Assembly (NCBI GenBank): GCA_017430965.1
Contig: JAFRLX010000123.1
Span: forward strand, 8,583 to 72,582
Length of the DNA stretch: 64,000 bases
Direction: 5' to 3'
Origin: Clostridia bacterium
GTDB lineage: Bacteria; Bacillota; Clostridia; Oscillospirales; Acutalibacteraceae
Shown here: one piece after another, positions 9,189 to 18,448 of the stretch
Numbering within the stretch: position 1 is the first letter of the stretch
How the letters are laid out: each line of letters opens with the position of its first letter
Notes under the pieces: generated by a model
The model's database searches: none
What the model was told of the DNA's origin: nothing
Seen by the model: only the letters and a program-made list of their open reading frames with translations
Position numbers and translations under genes: made by a program

Positions 9189-10057
9189 AGTATCTATCGT
9201 TCAATGAATATTGCAAAGCGCGCTTCGGATGCAAGGTATATAAGCTGTCGGTAGACGGCGGCTTTACCTGCCCGAATCGCGATGGCACAAAAGCAACAGG
9301 CGGCTGTACCTTCTGCGCGGGCGGAAGCGGCGGCCGCTTCTGTATTGGCGGCAATGATATTAAGCAGCAACTTGCCGCAGCCAAGGAATTGGTTATGACA
9401 AAGGGTGCTGCGAAATATATTGCCTATTTCCAAGCTTACAGCGGAACATATGCGCCGGTGGAGCAGCTGGAAGAACTCTACCACAGTGCAATTGACAGCC
9501 CTGAGATTGTGGCGCTCGATATCGCCACGCGACCGGACTGCCTTTCGGGAGAGGTGTTAGCGCTCTTAGAGCGCCTTAACCGCCAAAAGCCCGTGATAGT
9601 GGAATTGGGCTTGCAGACAGCCAGTGAGAAAACCGCAGAGGCGTTTCGCCGCTGCTACCCGAACAGCACCTATCTTGCGGCACTCAATGCCTTGAAAGCA
9701 AAGGGGATTCACACGGTAACACACCTGATTTTCGGCTTGCCCGGCGAGAGTGAGGCGGATATGCTCGCCTCGGTGCGCTTTGCCTGCGCTGCGGGAACGG
9801 ACGGTGTAAAATTCCACATGCTTAACATCTTAGAGGGTAGCGCCCTTGCCGCGCGCTATCGGCGCTCACCGTTTGAATTATTGAGCAGAGAGGCATATGC
9901 AGCACTTGTGGCAAAGGCGGTGGCACTTTTGCCGGAAGGCGTGGTAGTCCACCGCTTAACAGGCGATGGCGACAAGCGCATTCTCATCGCTCCGGAGTGG
10001 GTGAAGGACAAAAAGAAAACGCTCAACCTCATTCATAAAGAGATTGAGAGAGGATAA
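9185..10057 (+). CDS. TIGR01212-family radical SAM protein
   Basis: The N-terminus (FNEYCKARFGCKVYKLSVDGGFTCPNRDG...GGCTFC) has the family's unusual Cys pattern. The ATG overlaps the lacZ stop (ATGA). Confidence 0.85.
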   Translation: MKYLSFNEYCKARFGCKVYKLSVDGGFTCPNRDGTKATGGCTFCAGGSGGRFCIGGNDIKQQLAAAKELVMTKGAAKYIAYFQAYSGTYAPVEQLEELYHSAIDSPEIVALDIATRPDCLSGEVLALLERLNRQKPVIVELGLQTASEKTAEAFRRCYPNSTYLAALNALKAKGIHTVTHLIFGLPGESEADMLASVRFACAAGTDGVKFHMLNILEGSALAARYRRSPFELLSREAYAALVAKAVALLPEGVVVHRLTGDGDKRILIAPEWVKDKKKTLNLIHKEIERG

Positions 10058-10065
10058 TATTTTTT

Positions 10066-10090
10066 AACACAGGGGACTGTCCCCTGTGTT
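10066..10090 (+). terminator. Rho-independent terminator after the radical SAM gene
   Basis: AACACAGGGGA-ctg-TCCCCTGTGTT perfect 11-bp stem, T-run before and AAATTTT after. Confidence 0.7.
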
Positions 10091-10131
10091 AAATTTTGTC
10101 GGTAAATTTATCGAAAAACAATAAAATATTA

Positions 10132-10160
10132 TTGACAAACAGATAACAGAACGCTATAAT
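10132..10160 (+). promoter_or_regulatory. Consensus sigma-A promoter for the DUF2975/HTH module
   Basis: Perfect TTGACA, 17 nt, TATAAT, about 48 nt upstream of ATG 10208. Confidence 0.7.
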
Positions 10161-10207
10161 ATGGATAGGTTACAAATATCTATTGCATTTTAATCAGGGA
10201 GGTTTTT

Positions 10208-10687
10208 ATGAAACCAAAGCATTTTTCTTTTATGATGAAGTTTATTATTATCGCCTTAGCCCTTTTCGGCGCGTGTTTTTATGCATTCATGCCGAGCATG
10301 GTTAAGTTTATCGAAACATATAACCGCTTTGATATGCATCATATTTTTTATCCTTGGTCGATAGTGATTCTTTTGACAGCCATACCTTGCTATGCCGTGT
10401 TAGTGCTTGCGTGGCTTATGGCAGAGAGTGTGAAAAAGGAAACGCAATTTTCGCATTTAAATGCCGCAAGACTCAAGAAAATGGCAATCTGCGCATTAGC
10501 TGACGGGGGCTTTTTCTTCCTGGCATGCGTTGTGTTTTGGATGTTCGGCATCCTTTTTCCCGCAATTATAATTTTTTCGGTGTTGATTTTACTGGTAGCG
10601 ATAGCATTTGCCGCTGTGGCAACCGTATTGGCAGGAATGGTAGAAAAAGCAGCTGTCCTTCAAGAAGACAGTGATTTGACAATATAG
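10208..10687 (+). CDS. DUF2975-like four-TM membrane protein
   Basis: 159 aa with four hydrophobic helices. It sits immediately upstream of a YozG-type HTH gene, which is the usual DUF2975 pairing. GGGAGG RBS. Confidence 0.7.
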   Translation: MKPKHFSFMMKFIIIALALFGACFYAFMPSMVKFIETYNRFDMHHIFYPWSIVILLTAIPCYAVLVLAWLMAESVKKETQFSHLNAARLKKMAICALADGGFFFLACVVFWMFGILFPAIIIFSVLILLVAIAFAAVATVLAGMVEKAAVLQEDSDLTI

Positions 10688-10698
10688 AGGGGAAAAAG

Positions 10699-10917
10699 AT
10701 GGCAATTATCGTCAATATTGATGTAATGCTCGCTAAACGAAAAATGAGCGTCACGGAGCTTTCTAACAGAGTCGGTTTAACCATGGCTAACATTTCCATT
10801 TTAAAAAACGGAAAAGCAAGAGCCATTCGCTTTGCAACGCTTGAAAAGTTGTGCGAAGTGTTGGAGTGTCAACCGGCAGATTTATTGGAGTATCAAGAAG
10901 AACAACAGAGCGAGTAA
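10699..10917 (+). CDS. XRE-family (YozG-like) helix-turn-helix transcriptional regulator
   Basis: 72 aa. IIVNIDVMLAKRKMSVTELSNRVGLTMANISILKNGKARAIRFATLEKLCEVLECQPADLLEY is the canonical short Cro/C1 HTH of the YozG type. Confidence 0.88.
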   Translation: MAIIVNIDVMLAKRKMSVTELSNRVGLTMANISILKNGKARAIRFATLEKLCEVLECQPADLLEYQEEQQSE

Positions 10918-11010
10918 CCATGACAGGAAAGGTGCAAATGAGATTTGTATTACTGCAGTGGTCATTAGTGGAAAAGCAATTAAAAATAGAAAAGTGGGAA
11001 GAAGCTTAAA

Positions 11011-12348
11011 ATGAAAAAATCAACAAGAATTGTTCTCATTATTATGGCTGTTCTTACCGGTATTTTTGCACTTTTAGCGGCTGATTTTGCCATTGAAACG
11101 AAACTCAGTTCCATTGAAAGTGAGCGCTTTCCGGTTACTAAACTGCTTTTTGATGAGTACTATGCTTCAAGCGGCTGTGATGCATTTGTTCCCACTAACC
11201 AGCAATATGCGGGGTTTCCTGACTTTTGCCAAGGAATTTTTTATCAAAAAGAATCCAATACACTTATGCAGGCGGGAAATAATTCCGAGTCGGTATATTT
11301 TGCGAGCGATGAAAAGGGAATAGTTGCCTTTGTCTTTTTCTCCGAGAGCAATACTACCGGTGACCAAATATGGTTTAAATCCATTGATGTTGTAGGTGTG
11401 AAAGATTTTGTGCCGTGTAAACAGGGATACTATGCATTTGCAATATGGAATGTAGGCGAGAAGCAATTATTCAAATTTGAAAGCTACGAGGCATTAACGG
11501 AGTATTGCACGCAAAACAGCATTGACTTAGGCGAGTGGTACGGCTTAAGTCAAGATTGTTGTCTGCCGACCGATATGGACTCTTTTATTGCCTGGTGCAG
11601 GGGAGCTTGGTGGAATGTTTACTGGAAATATTCACATTGGGATAAGAAATACAAAACAAGCGGTATCAATGCGCCCTTGAGTGCCAAAGAAACCGAGATT
11701 GCCAAATCGTATGAAAGCGACTTGCTTGACGGTTATGACATTATCAAGTACAACGGCAAGCTGTATTCAGGCTTTGATAAAGAAGGTAGAGATTTTAGCG
11801 AGATGTGGCGCCTGTGCGCCGACACGCCCGCACACAAAGAAAAAGCACTTAATTATTTCAGTAATACAGGCGATGTCTTTTCTTCCGAACAGCCAATTGA
11901 TGTTTTTAGCGAGCCCTCTTTGGCAGATGTTTTTGTTGTATGTAAAAAAATGCATCATGAAGAAAGCAGCTTGTACTGCAATGTTGCGCGCATTTCGGAT
12001 TTGCCCTCTGTCCGGCGCTCCGCGATTAAAGAAATCACCTTTTGCGATGTGGGGAGCGATAAGGAAATACTCAAAGTGAATGATACCAAAACAACCGCTT
12101 TCCTTCAAAAAGAAATGCTAAAGTTGTCTAAAGCCGACCCCGTTCGCACCAAGAGTATTCCGCAAAAATCGGAAGTTATCTATGATGTGTGGCTTCAATT
12201 TGATGGTTTTAGTGCGTTTTTCCGCTACGGCTCCGTTTTTTACAGTGACGGTAAATGGTATATGCATTATGAATATTCCAAGATTGATGATTGCCTGTCG
12301 TGTTCGGATATGTTGAGTAATCTACTTACAAAAACCGTACAAGGATAA
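11011..12348 (+). CDS. Hypothetical protein with an N-terminal membrane anchor and a Cys/Trp-rich extracytoplasmic region
   Basis: 445-aa uninterrupted ORF with an N-terminal TM helix (IVLIIMAVLTGIFALLAADFA). I recognise no motif in it. Confidence 0.6.
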   Translation: MKKSTRIVLIIMAVLTGIFALLAADFAIETKLSSIESERFPVTKLLFDEYYASSGCDAFVPTNQQYAGFPDFCQGIFYQKESNTLMQAGNNSESVYFASDEKGIVAFVFFSESNTTGDQIWFKSIDVVGVKDFVPCKQGYYAFAIWNVGEKQLFKFESYEALTEYCTQNSIDLGEWYGLSQDCCLPTDMDSFIAWCRGAWWNVYWKYSHWDKKYKTSGINAPLSAKETEIAKSYESDLLDGYDIIKYNGKLYSGFDKEGRDFSEMWRLCADTPAHKEKALNYFSNTGDVFSSEQPIDVFSEPSLADVFVVCKKMHHEESSLYCNVARISDLPSVRRSAIKEITFCDVGSDKEILKVNDTKTTAFLQKEMLKLSKADPVRTKSIPQKSEVIYDVWLQFDGFSAFFRYGSVFYSDGKWYMHYEYSKIDDCLSCSDMLSNLLTKTVQG

Positions 12349-12400
12349 AAGTTGTTATTTATTTGGTTTTATGCTACAATAAAAGAAAAAGGGGTAAATT

Positions 12401-12931
12401 ATGAATATTTGGCACCAAATCAGTCCTGAAAGAATCACACCGAATGATTTTATTGCAGTTGTAGAAATCAAAAAGGGCAGCAAGAAAAAGTATGAGCTTG
12501 ACAAAGAAACCGGCTTAATTATTTTAGATAGGATTTTATATACTTCTACGCACTACCCGGCAAACTACGGCTTTATTCCGCACACCTTGGCGGATGACGG
12601 CGACCCGCTCGATGTGCTCATTCTCTGCAATGAGGAAATCGACCCGTTGGTAATGGTGCGCTGTTATCCGATAGGGGTAATCAATATGCGCGACAACGGC
12701 AGGGACGACCAAAAGATTATCGCGATTCCCTTTGAGGACCCGACCTATAACGCCTACCGCGGGATTGAAGCATTGCCCAGCCACATCTTTGAAGAAATGC
12801 GCCACTTCTTCTCGGTCTATAAGCAGTTAGAGGGAAAAGAGAGCGTTGTCAACGAGGTGATGAGCCAAAAGGTCGCCCTTGATATCATCAAGCAGTCTAT
12901 TGAAAACTACAACCAAAAGTTTGGTCAATAA
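12401..12931 (+). CDS. ppa: Inorganic pyrophosphatase (family I)
   Basis: 176 aa with YPANYGFIP and DGDPLDVL motifs. An extended -10 TGcTACAAT lies upstream. Confidence 0.93.
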   Translation: MNIWHQISPERITPNDFIAVVEIKKGSKKKYELDKETGLIILDRILYTSTHYPANYGFIPHTLADDGDPLDVLILCNEEIDPLVMVRCYPIGVINMRDNGRDDQKIIAIPFEDPTYNAYRGIEALPSHIFEEMRHFFSVYKQLEGKESVVNEVMSQKVALDIIKQSIENYNQKFGQ

Positions 12932-12934
12932 ATT

Positions 12935-12961
12935 AAGAGCCGCCTTGTAAGGCGGCTCTTT
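12935..12961 (+). terminator. Terminator hairpin after ppa
   Basis: AAGAGCCGCC-ttgtaa-GGCGGCTCTT followed by T. Confidence 0.65.
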
Positions 12962-13001
12962 ACTGAAAACTGAACCCTGAAAACTGAACACTAAAAAGCA
13001 T

Positions 13002-13032
13002 AAAAAAATATCGGCTCAGCCGATATTTTTTT
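13002..13032. terminator. Bidirectional terminator at the 3' end of trkH
   Basis: A7-ATATCGGC-tca-GCCGATAT-T7. Confidence 0.75.
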
Positions 13033-14497
13033 AATGCTTTTTATAAGTGTGCGGCAGCAATAACATCAGTATTGGGAAAATCTCCAGCCTGCCGAAGAGC
13101 ATATCCACACTAAAGACTATTTTGGAAAGCGCGCTGTAGCCGCTGAAATTGCTCATCGGACCGATTTGGTCAAGTGCAGGACCGATGTTGTTAAAGGTCG
13201 AAATGACTGCCGAAAGGTTAGAAGTAACGGAGTAATTTGCTTTATCGAGTGAAACAATTAAGAAACTGATGACAATCAAAAGGACATAAGCGGCAAGGTA
13301 AGCATTGACATTGGCAATGGTTTGCTCGCTGACTTTTTGGCGGTTGAATTTGACAACGCGGATTTCGCTGGGCTTATTCAGCTTATGGGCATTGCGCTTG
13401 AGGGATTTGAATAAAAGCATCACTCTGGCAATCTTCATGCCGCCGCCCGTACTGCCGGCGCAGGCGCCAATCATCATCAGCACCAGGGCAACCGCTTGTG
13501 AGAATGCCGGCCATTGCGCAAAATCCGCCGTAGCGTAACCGGTCGTGGTAATCAGCGCACCTACCTGGAATGCCGAGTGCATAATGGTTTCGTTAAGATG
13601 CATGGTTTGTGCAGTTTTTTGGTAAATATTAATTGCAAAAAAGAGGGTGCTGCAAAGCACAATAACAACATAGCAAATCAGCTCTTCATTTTTGATTGCC
13701 GACCACACACGCTTGAATAACAGCATAAAGTATATGCTGAAATTGACACCGAACAGCAGCATAAAGACAGTGGTAACATTGATGGCAAACGGTGTGTAGG
13801 TGGCAAAGCCTGTGTTGAGCACCGTAAAACCGCCGGTACCGGCAGTGCCGAAAGCAATGCAGGCAGCATCAAACACTTTCATTTTACCGATTAACAGAAA
13901 GATGAAATCAAGGACTGTTAAGCCGATGTAAATAATATACAGCGCAGCCGCTGTCTCTCTCATTTTCGGAGTGGATTTGCCGACTGCGGGACCGGTGCTT
14001 TCCGCTCTTAAAATGTGAAGCGAGAATCCGCCGGAGCCGCTCACGGGAATAATGGCAAGGAAAAACACCAACACACCCATACCGCCAACCCAGTGGGAGA
14101 AGGAACGCCACCACAGCATGCCTTTACCCAAGTGTTCCACTTCATTGAGAATGGAAGAACCGGTGGTCGTAAAGCCGGAAACCGTTTCAAAAAAAGCATC
14201 TACATAATGCGGAATGGTGCCGGAGAAAAAGAAGGGGAGAGCCCCCAATAGGCACATGACAATCCATGCCATTCCGACACACACAAAACCTTCTCTTGCG
14301 TAAAACTTTGCCTTTGCATCGCGGGAAATGATGCCAAAAATAGTGGCAAGCGCAAAGGTGATAATAATCGTGAGCAAAAAGCCGAACACATTTCTGCTCT
14401 CATGCATGCACATTGAAATGATTAACGGGGGAACCATTAAAACGGATTCAATGAGTAAAATCCATGCATGAATTTTTAACATGATTTTATAATTCAT
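13031..14497 (-). CDS. trkH: TrkH/KtrB-family potassium uptake membrane subunit
   Basis: 488-aa polytopic protein with repeated selectivity-filter-like motifs (TTTGSS, GTGGFT, TTTGYA, STGGG). Confidence 0.92.
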   Translation of the reverse strand: MNYKIMLKIHAWILLIESVLMVPPLIISMCMHESRNVFGFLLTIIITFALATIFGIISRDAKAKFYAREGFVCVGMAWIVMCLLGALPFFFSGTIPHYVDAFFETVSGFTTTGSSILNEVEHLGKGMLWWRSFSHWVGGMGVLVFFLAIIPVSGSGGFSLHILRAESTGPAVGKSTPKMRETAAALYIIYIGLTVLDFIFLLIGKMKVFDAACIAFGTAGTGGFTVLNTGFATYTPFAINVTTVFMLLFGVNFSIYFMLLFKRVWSAIKNEELICYVVIVLCSTLFFAINIYQKTAQTMHLNETIMHSAFQVGALITTTGYATADFAQWPAFSQAVALVLMMIGACAGSTGGGMKIARVMLLFKSLKRNAHKLNKPSEIRVVKFNRQKVSEQTIANVNAYLAAYVLLIVISFLIVSLDKANYSVTSNLSAVISTFNNIGPALDQIGPMSNFSGYSALSKIVFSVDMLFGRLEIFPILMLLLPHTYKKH

Positions 14498-14500
14498 ATC

Positions 14501-15862
14501 TTACCCCGCAAAAATATCATTTAATTGGTGAATGGGTCTGTTGCCGCTTTTGACAACCACAATTCTGTCGCCTTGGTGGAAAGTGGAGTCACCGTTGGGG
14601 AATTCAATCATTCTGCCGTGGGTGATAGAAGCAATCAGCACTTCTTTTTTGAGTGTGATATCTTTGAGCGCCTCATCGCAGTGTTTGGTGTTTTCATCGA
14701 CGATAAATTCAATCGCCTCCGCCTTTCCTTCCGCAATGGAATGCACGGTGATGGCGCTGCCGACTTGGTTTTGCATTGCGCGCACATAGCGCACAATCGT
14801 GTTGCAACTAAGCTCTTTCGGGCTGACAAGGCTGCCGACAGGCAGGTTGTCGTAAATCTGCACATGCTCGGCTCTGCCGAGTTTGGTAATAACCTTGGGG
14901 ATGTTCAAACTGCTGCCGTAAATGGAAATAACGGCATTTTGTTCATCCATACCGGTCATGGAAATGAGGGCATCACAGTCTTCAATACCTTCGCGTTCAA
15001 GCACATGCATGCTCGAAGCATCACCGTGAATAATCGTAACATTGCTGAAATGCTCTGCCAATTCTTCGCAGCGCTCAGCATCTTTTTCAATGATTTTGAT
15101 ATTAAAGTTGTCGCTATCAAGCACTTTGGTGAGGTAGTAGCAAATCCTACCGCCTCCGGCAATGATAACATTTTTGATTTTTCTTTTAATCAGGCCTAAG
15201 TTTTTGAGCAGTGTATTTAAGTTTTCGGCAGAGGCGGTAACATAAATCACATCCCCTTCTTCAAACACGAAAGTACCATCCGGCGTAATGGTCTTGCCGC
15301 CTCTTAACACTGTGCAGACAATGACCTGACAGTGTGCCACTTTCGGCATTTCATGGAGTGCTTTGCCTTTTATGGGGCTGTTTTCCGTGATTTTAACACC
15401 GACAATTTCAATTAAGCCGTTGGCAAATTTTTCTCTTTTAATAAAACCGGGATATTTGAGCAGTCTGCTGATTTCCCGCGCAGCATGCCTTTCGGGATTC
15501 ACCGTTAAGGAAAGCGCCAGAGGCTTTCTCATGGCATAGGTGGATTCCATATATTCGGGGGTTCTGATGCGCGCAATGGTGTGGAGGTTTCTGTTCATTG
15601 CGTGCGCGGTCATGCAGCACAGCAGGTTTAATTCATCGCTACCGGTGGTGACAATTAATAAGTCTGCCTCGGCAATACCCGCTTCGCGCAAGATTTGCAT
15701 AGAGGCGCAGTTGCCCTCTAATGCCATAATATCATATTCTTCAATTAATTCTGCTGTAACATTTAAATCTTGGTCGATAATCGTGATATTATGACCTTCT
15801 GCAGCGAGGCGCTGGGTCAACATGGTGCCGAGCTTGCCGCTGCCTGCAATAACAATATTCAT
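14501..15862 (-). CDS. trkA: TrkA potassium uptake protein with tandem RCK/NAD-binding domains
   Basis: 453 aa with two Rossmann motifs (IAGSGKLG, IAGGGRICY). It lies 3 nt upstream of trkH. Confidence 0.92.
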   Translation of the reverse strand: MNIVIAGSGKLGTMLTQRLAAEGHNITIIDQDLNVTAELIEEYDIMALEGNCASMQILREAGIAEADLLIVTTGSDELNLLCCMTAHAMNRNLHTIARIRTPEYMESTYAMRKPLALSLTVNPERHAAREISRLLKYPGFIKREKFANGLIEIVGVKITENSPIKGKALHEMPKVAHCQVIVCTVLRGGKTITPDGTFVFEEGDVIYVTASAENLNTLLKNLGLIKRKIKNVIIAGGGRICYYLTKVLDSDNFNIKIIEKDAERCEELAEHFSNVTIIHGDASSMHVLEREGIEDCDALISMTGMDEQNAVISIYGSSLNIPKVITKLGRAEHVQIYDNLPVGSLVSPKELSCNTIVRYVRAMQNQVGSAITVHSIAEGKAEAIEFIVDENTKHCDEALKDITLKKEVLIASITHGRMIEFPNGDSTFHQGDRIVVVKSGNRPIHQLNDIFAG

Positions 15863-15988
15863 CGTTTCACTCCATATGATTTATTTATGAATCATTACTA
15901 TTATAATACGAATCATATTTTTTGCAATATATTTTTATTTTTAGGAAAGAAAAAACATCTGTTTTTTTGTCAAAAAAACAGAAAACAC

Positions 15989-16017
15989 TTTACTTTTATG
16001 CAAAAATATGCTATGAT
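15989..16017 (+). promoter_or_regulatory. Putative dinB promoter
   Basis: TTTACT, 17 nt, then extended -10 TGcTATGAT. It lies directly upstream of the LexA box. Confidence 0.45.
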
Positions 16018-16021
16018 TAAT

Positions 16022-16035
16022 CGAACAAATGTTCG
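16022..16035 (+). promoter_or_regulatory. LexA operator (Cheo/SOS box) of dinB
   Basis: CGAACAAATGTTCG is a perfect match to the Firmicute consensus CGAAC-N4-GTTCG. It abuts the GAGGTG RBS of dinB. Confidence 0.8.
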
Positions 16036-16045
16036 AGGTGATAAT

Positions 16046-17263
16046 GTGACAGAACGCGTGATTTTACACTGTGATTTGAATAATTTTTATGCCAGCGTTG
16101 AATTGCTGGACAAACCGGAACTCAAAGAGAAACCGGTTGCGGTCTGCGGCAGCTTGGAGGAGCGCCACGGCATAGTGCTTGCAAAGAATGATGCAGCGAA
16201 AAAAATCGGTGTCAAAACAGCGGAAACGATATGGCAGGCAAAACAAAAATGCCCGGAATTGGTGATTTTGGATTCCCACTATCCGCTCTACGGGCGCTAT
16301 TCCAAAATCGTGCGCGATATTTTGTACCGCTACACCGATATAGTAGAGCCTTTCGGACCGGATGAAAGCTGGCTGGATGTCACGGGAAGTGTTCGCCTGT
16401 TCGGCAGCGGAGAGGCGATTGCCGAACAAATCAGCAGAGCTATAAAAACCGAAACCGGCTTAACGGTTTCTATCGGTGTAAGCTTTAATAAGATTTTTGC
16501 AAAGCTCGGTTCCGATTATAAAAAACCCGATGCCATCACCGTGATTTCCAAAGAGAATTTTAAAAGCATTTTATACCCGCTCAGTGCCGACAGCATGATA
16601 GGAATCGGCAGGCACACTTATGAAAAGCTCAAGCGCCTGGGTATTTATACCATCGGGGATTTGGCGGATTCCGACATGCGCGCCCTGCGCAATGCCATCG
16701 GTATTATCGGCGAAAGGCTGTGGTATTATGCTATGGGGCTGGACATGACACCGGTTGTGGCAGAACGCGACTTACCGGAGGTAAAAAGCATCAGCCGCAG
16801 TACCACAGCAAAAGCAGATTTGGTCAATAATGAAGATGTTTGGAAAACACTGCTTATTCTCAGTGAGGATGTTGCCAAACAACTCTTGGAAAGCGACTTT
16901 TTTTGTTTAAAAGTGAGCGTGATGCTGCGCGATACCACGCTTTCCTGGGAAGTGTATACGCGCGCTTTGGAAACACCGCTGCATTTATCGGTCGATATTG
17001 CAAGAGAAGCCATGGCGCTGTTTCAAGAGTGTTATGATTGGAAAACCCCCTTGCGCTCTGTCGGCGTGGCGGTCGGCGAATTAATGCATACCGATGCGCC
17101 GATGCAACTGGATTTTTACAGTACGCCGGAGAACCGAAAGCAAGGCGATATCATCGAGCAGGAGCTCATTAAAATTCGCAAAAAATTCGGGAAAGATGCA
17201 ATAAAAAAAGCAAGCGTTGTGGATTGCCATATGAGAATGGATGCCTATAAAAATTTTTCGTAG
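16046..17263 (+). CDS. dinB: DNA polymerase IV (Y-family translesion polymerase)
   Basis: VILHCDLNNFYASVE is the hallmark N-terminus. I chose GTG 16046 because GAGGTG lies 5 nt upstream. The ORF-track start at 15770 runs through the promoter and SOS box. Confidence 0.92.
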   Translation: MTERVILHCDLNNFYASVELLDKPELKEKPVAVCGSLEERHGIVLAKNDAAKKIGVKTAETIWQAKQKCPELVILDSHYPLYGRYSKIVRDILYRYTDIVEPFGPDESWLDVTGSVRLFGSGEAIAEQISRAIKTETGLTVSIGVSFNKIFAKLGSDYKKPDAITVISKENFKSILYPLSADSMIGIGRHTYEKLKRLGIYTIGDLADSDMRALRNAIGIIGERLWYYAMGLDMTPVVAERDLPEVKSISRSTTAKADLVNNEDVWKTLLILSEDVAKQLLESDFFCLKVSVMLRDTTLSWEVYTRALETPLHLSVDIAREAMALFQECYDWKTPLRSVGVAVGELMHTDAPMQLDFYSTPENRKQGDIIEQELIKIRKKFGKDAIKKASVVDCHMRMDAYKNFS

Positions 17264-17370
17264 TGTGAAGCAAGCTCGAATCTTAAGAGAAAATAAAGAA
17301 CAAAATGACAAGGAATACAGAAAAGAATTAGGCATTATATATAAAAATTTTTGGTAAATGCTAAAAATAA

Positions 17371-17399
17371 TTGACAATAATTTTTTAAAATTGTATAAT
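17371..17399 (+). promoter_or_regulatory. Consensus sigma-A promoter for the sigma-factor gene
   Basis: Perfect TTGACA, 17 nt, TATAAT, 24 nt before ATG 17423. Confidence 0.65.
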
Positions 17400-17422
17400 A
17401 AATTAAATTTGTGGAGTAGTGT

Positions 17423-17995
17423 ATGCTTTTGGATGCGCAACAACAACATAGCAGCGAGGAAGAGCTGGCGGCTTTAGCAAAAGCCGGGGACAGCAAGGCA
17501 GCTGAAGAGCTTGTTTCAAGGCTGTATATGCTTGTGTATTATGCTGCGCACCGCTATGAATGGCTCGGCATTGAAATCTCCGACCTCGTACAAGAAGGCA
17601 TGATTGGCTTGCTCAACGCTATGCGCAGCTACAAACCGGATAGCGGCACCAAGTTTAAAACCTATGCCAATGTATGTGTGGATAATCACTTTTGTTCCCT
17701 GGCAAGAAAAGCATACCGGGCAAAGCAAATTCCTCAAGATAAAATCACTGTTGTTCACCATTTCATTCAAGACGCTGCTTTAAATCCTGAAGAGACCGTT
17801 ATCGAGAAGGAGAGGTTAAAAGAAATAACGGTTGCTTTAAAGTCGAAACTCAGCGATTTTGAATTTGAAATATTAAACAAATACCTCAGCGGGTACTCAG
17901 CCGCAGAGATTGCCGATATTCTCGGCATAGATGTAAAGCGCGTTTCCAACGCACTTTACAGAATCAGGCAAAAGTTCCATTTCATTCTAAAATAA
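17423..17995 (+). CDS. Sigma-70 family RNA polymerase sigma factor (SigH-like / group 3-4)
   Basis: 190 aa. Region 2 is DLVQEGMIGLLNAMRSYKP...FKTYA and the region 4 HTH is YSAAEIADILGIDVKRVSNALYRIRQK. Confidence 0.85.
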   Translation: MLLDAQQQHSSEEELAALAKAGDSKAAEELVSRLYMLVYYAAHRYEWLGIEISDLVQEGMIGLLNAMRSYKPDSGTKFKTYANVCVDNHFCSLARKAYRAKQIPQDKITVVHHFIQDAALNPEETVIEKERLKEITVALKSKLSDFEFEILNKYLSGYSAAEIADILGIDVKRVSNALYRIRQKFHFILK

Positions 17996-18079
17996 GCGCC
18001 CGAGCAACACGGCCATACATAATGGGTGTTTATCATAATTATTTGGCAAAATGCCAGGAAGAAAAAGCGAGGTAAAGAA

Positions 18080-18355
18080 ATGTACGAGGACAAAACACTT
18101 GTATGTAAAGAGTGTGGCAACGAATTCGTTTTTACTGCCGGTGAGCAGGAGTTCTATGCCGAAAAAGGCTTTGTTAATGAGCCTTTAAGATGCAAGTCTT
18201 GTCGCGACGCAAGAAAACAGGCTATTAAAGCGGCAAGAACGATGTATGATGCTGTTTGTGCAAGCTGTGGTAAAGAGTGTCAGGTCCCGTTCCAACCTAA
18301 GGATGGCAGACCTGTATACTGTAGCGAATGCTTTGCAAAACAGACCGAAGACTAA
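18080..18355 (+). CDS. CxxC-x17-CxxC zinc-ribbon protein of unknown function
   Basis: 91 aa. MYEDKTLVCKECGNEFVFTAGEQEFYAEKGF..CKSC plus a second pair CASCGKEC..CSEC. The ATG at 18080 follows GAGGTAAAG. Confidence 0.8.
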   Translation: MYEDKTLVCKECGNEFVFTAGEQEFYAEKGFVNEPLRCKSCRDARKQAIKAARTMYDAVCASCGKECQVPFQPKDGRPVYCSECFAKQTED

Positions 18356-18448
18356 TTTTATTTCTCATCCTAAGGGTTTCGGCAAAAATATCCTCCCTTG
18401 CTTCAGGCAAGGATTATCCTTGAATTAAAGTAAAATTTTTCTTGAATT

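Noticed and set aside
15770-16045. The ORF track starts the dinB reading frame at 15770, giving a 497-aa protein.
   Set aside because: The extension overlaps the trkA start on the other strand. It runs through an AT-rich promoter region and the LexA box and has no polymerase homology. GTG 16046 has a proper GAGGTG RBS.
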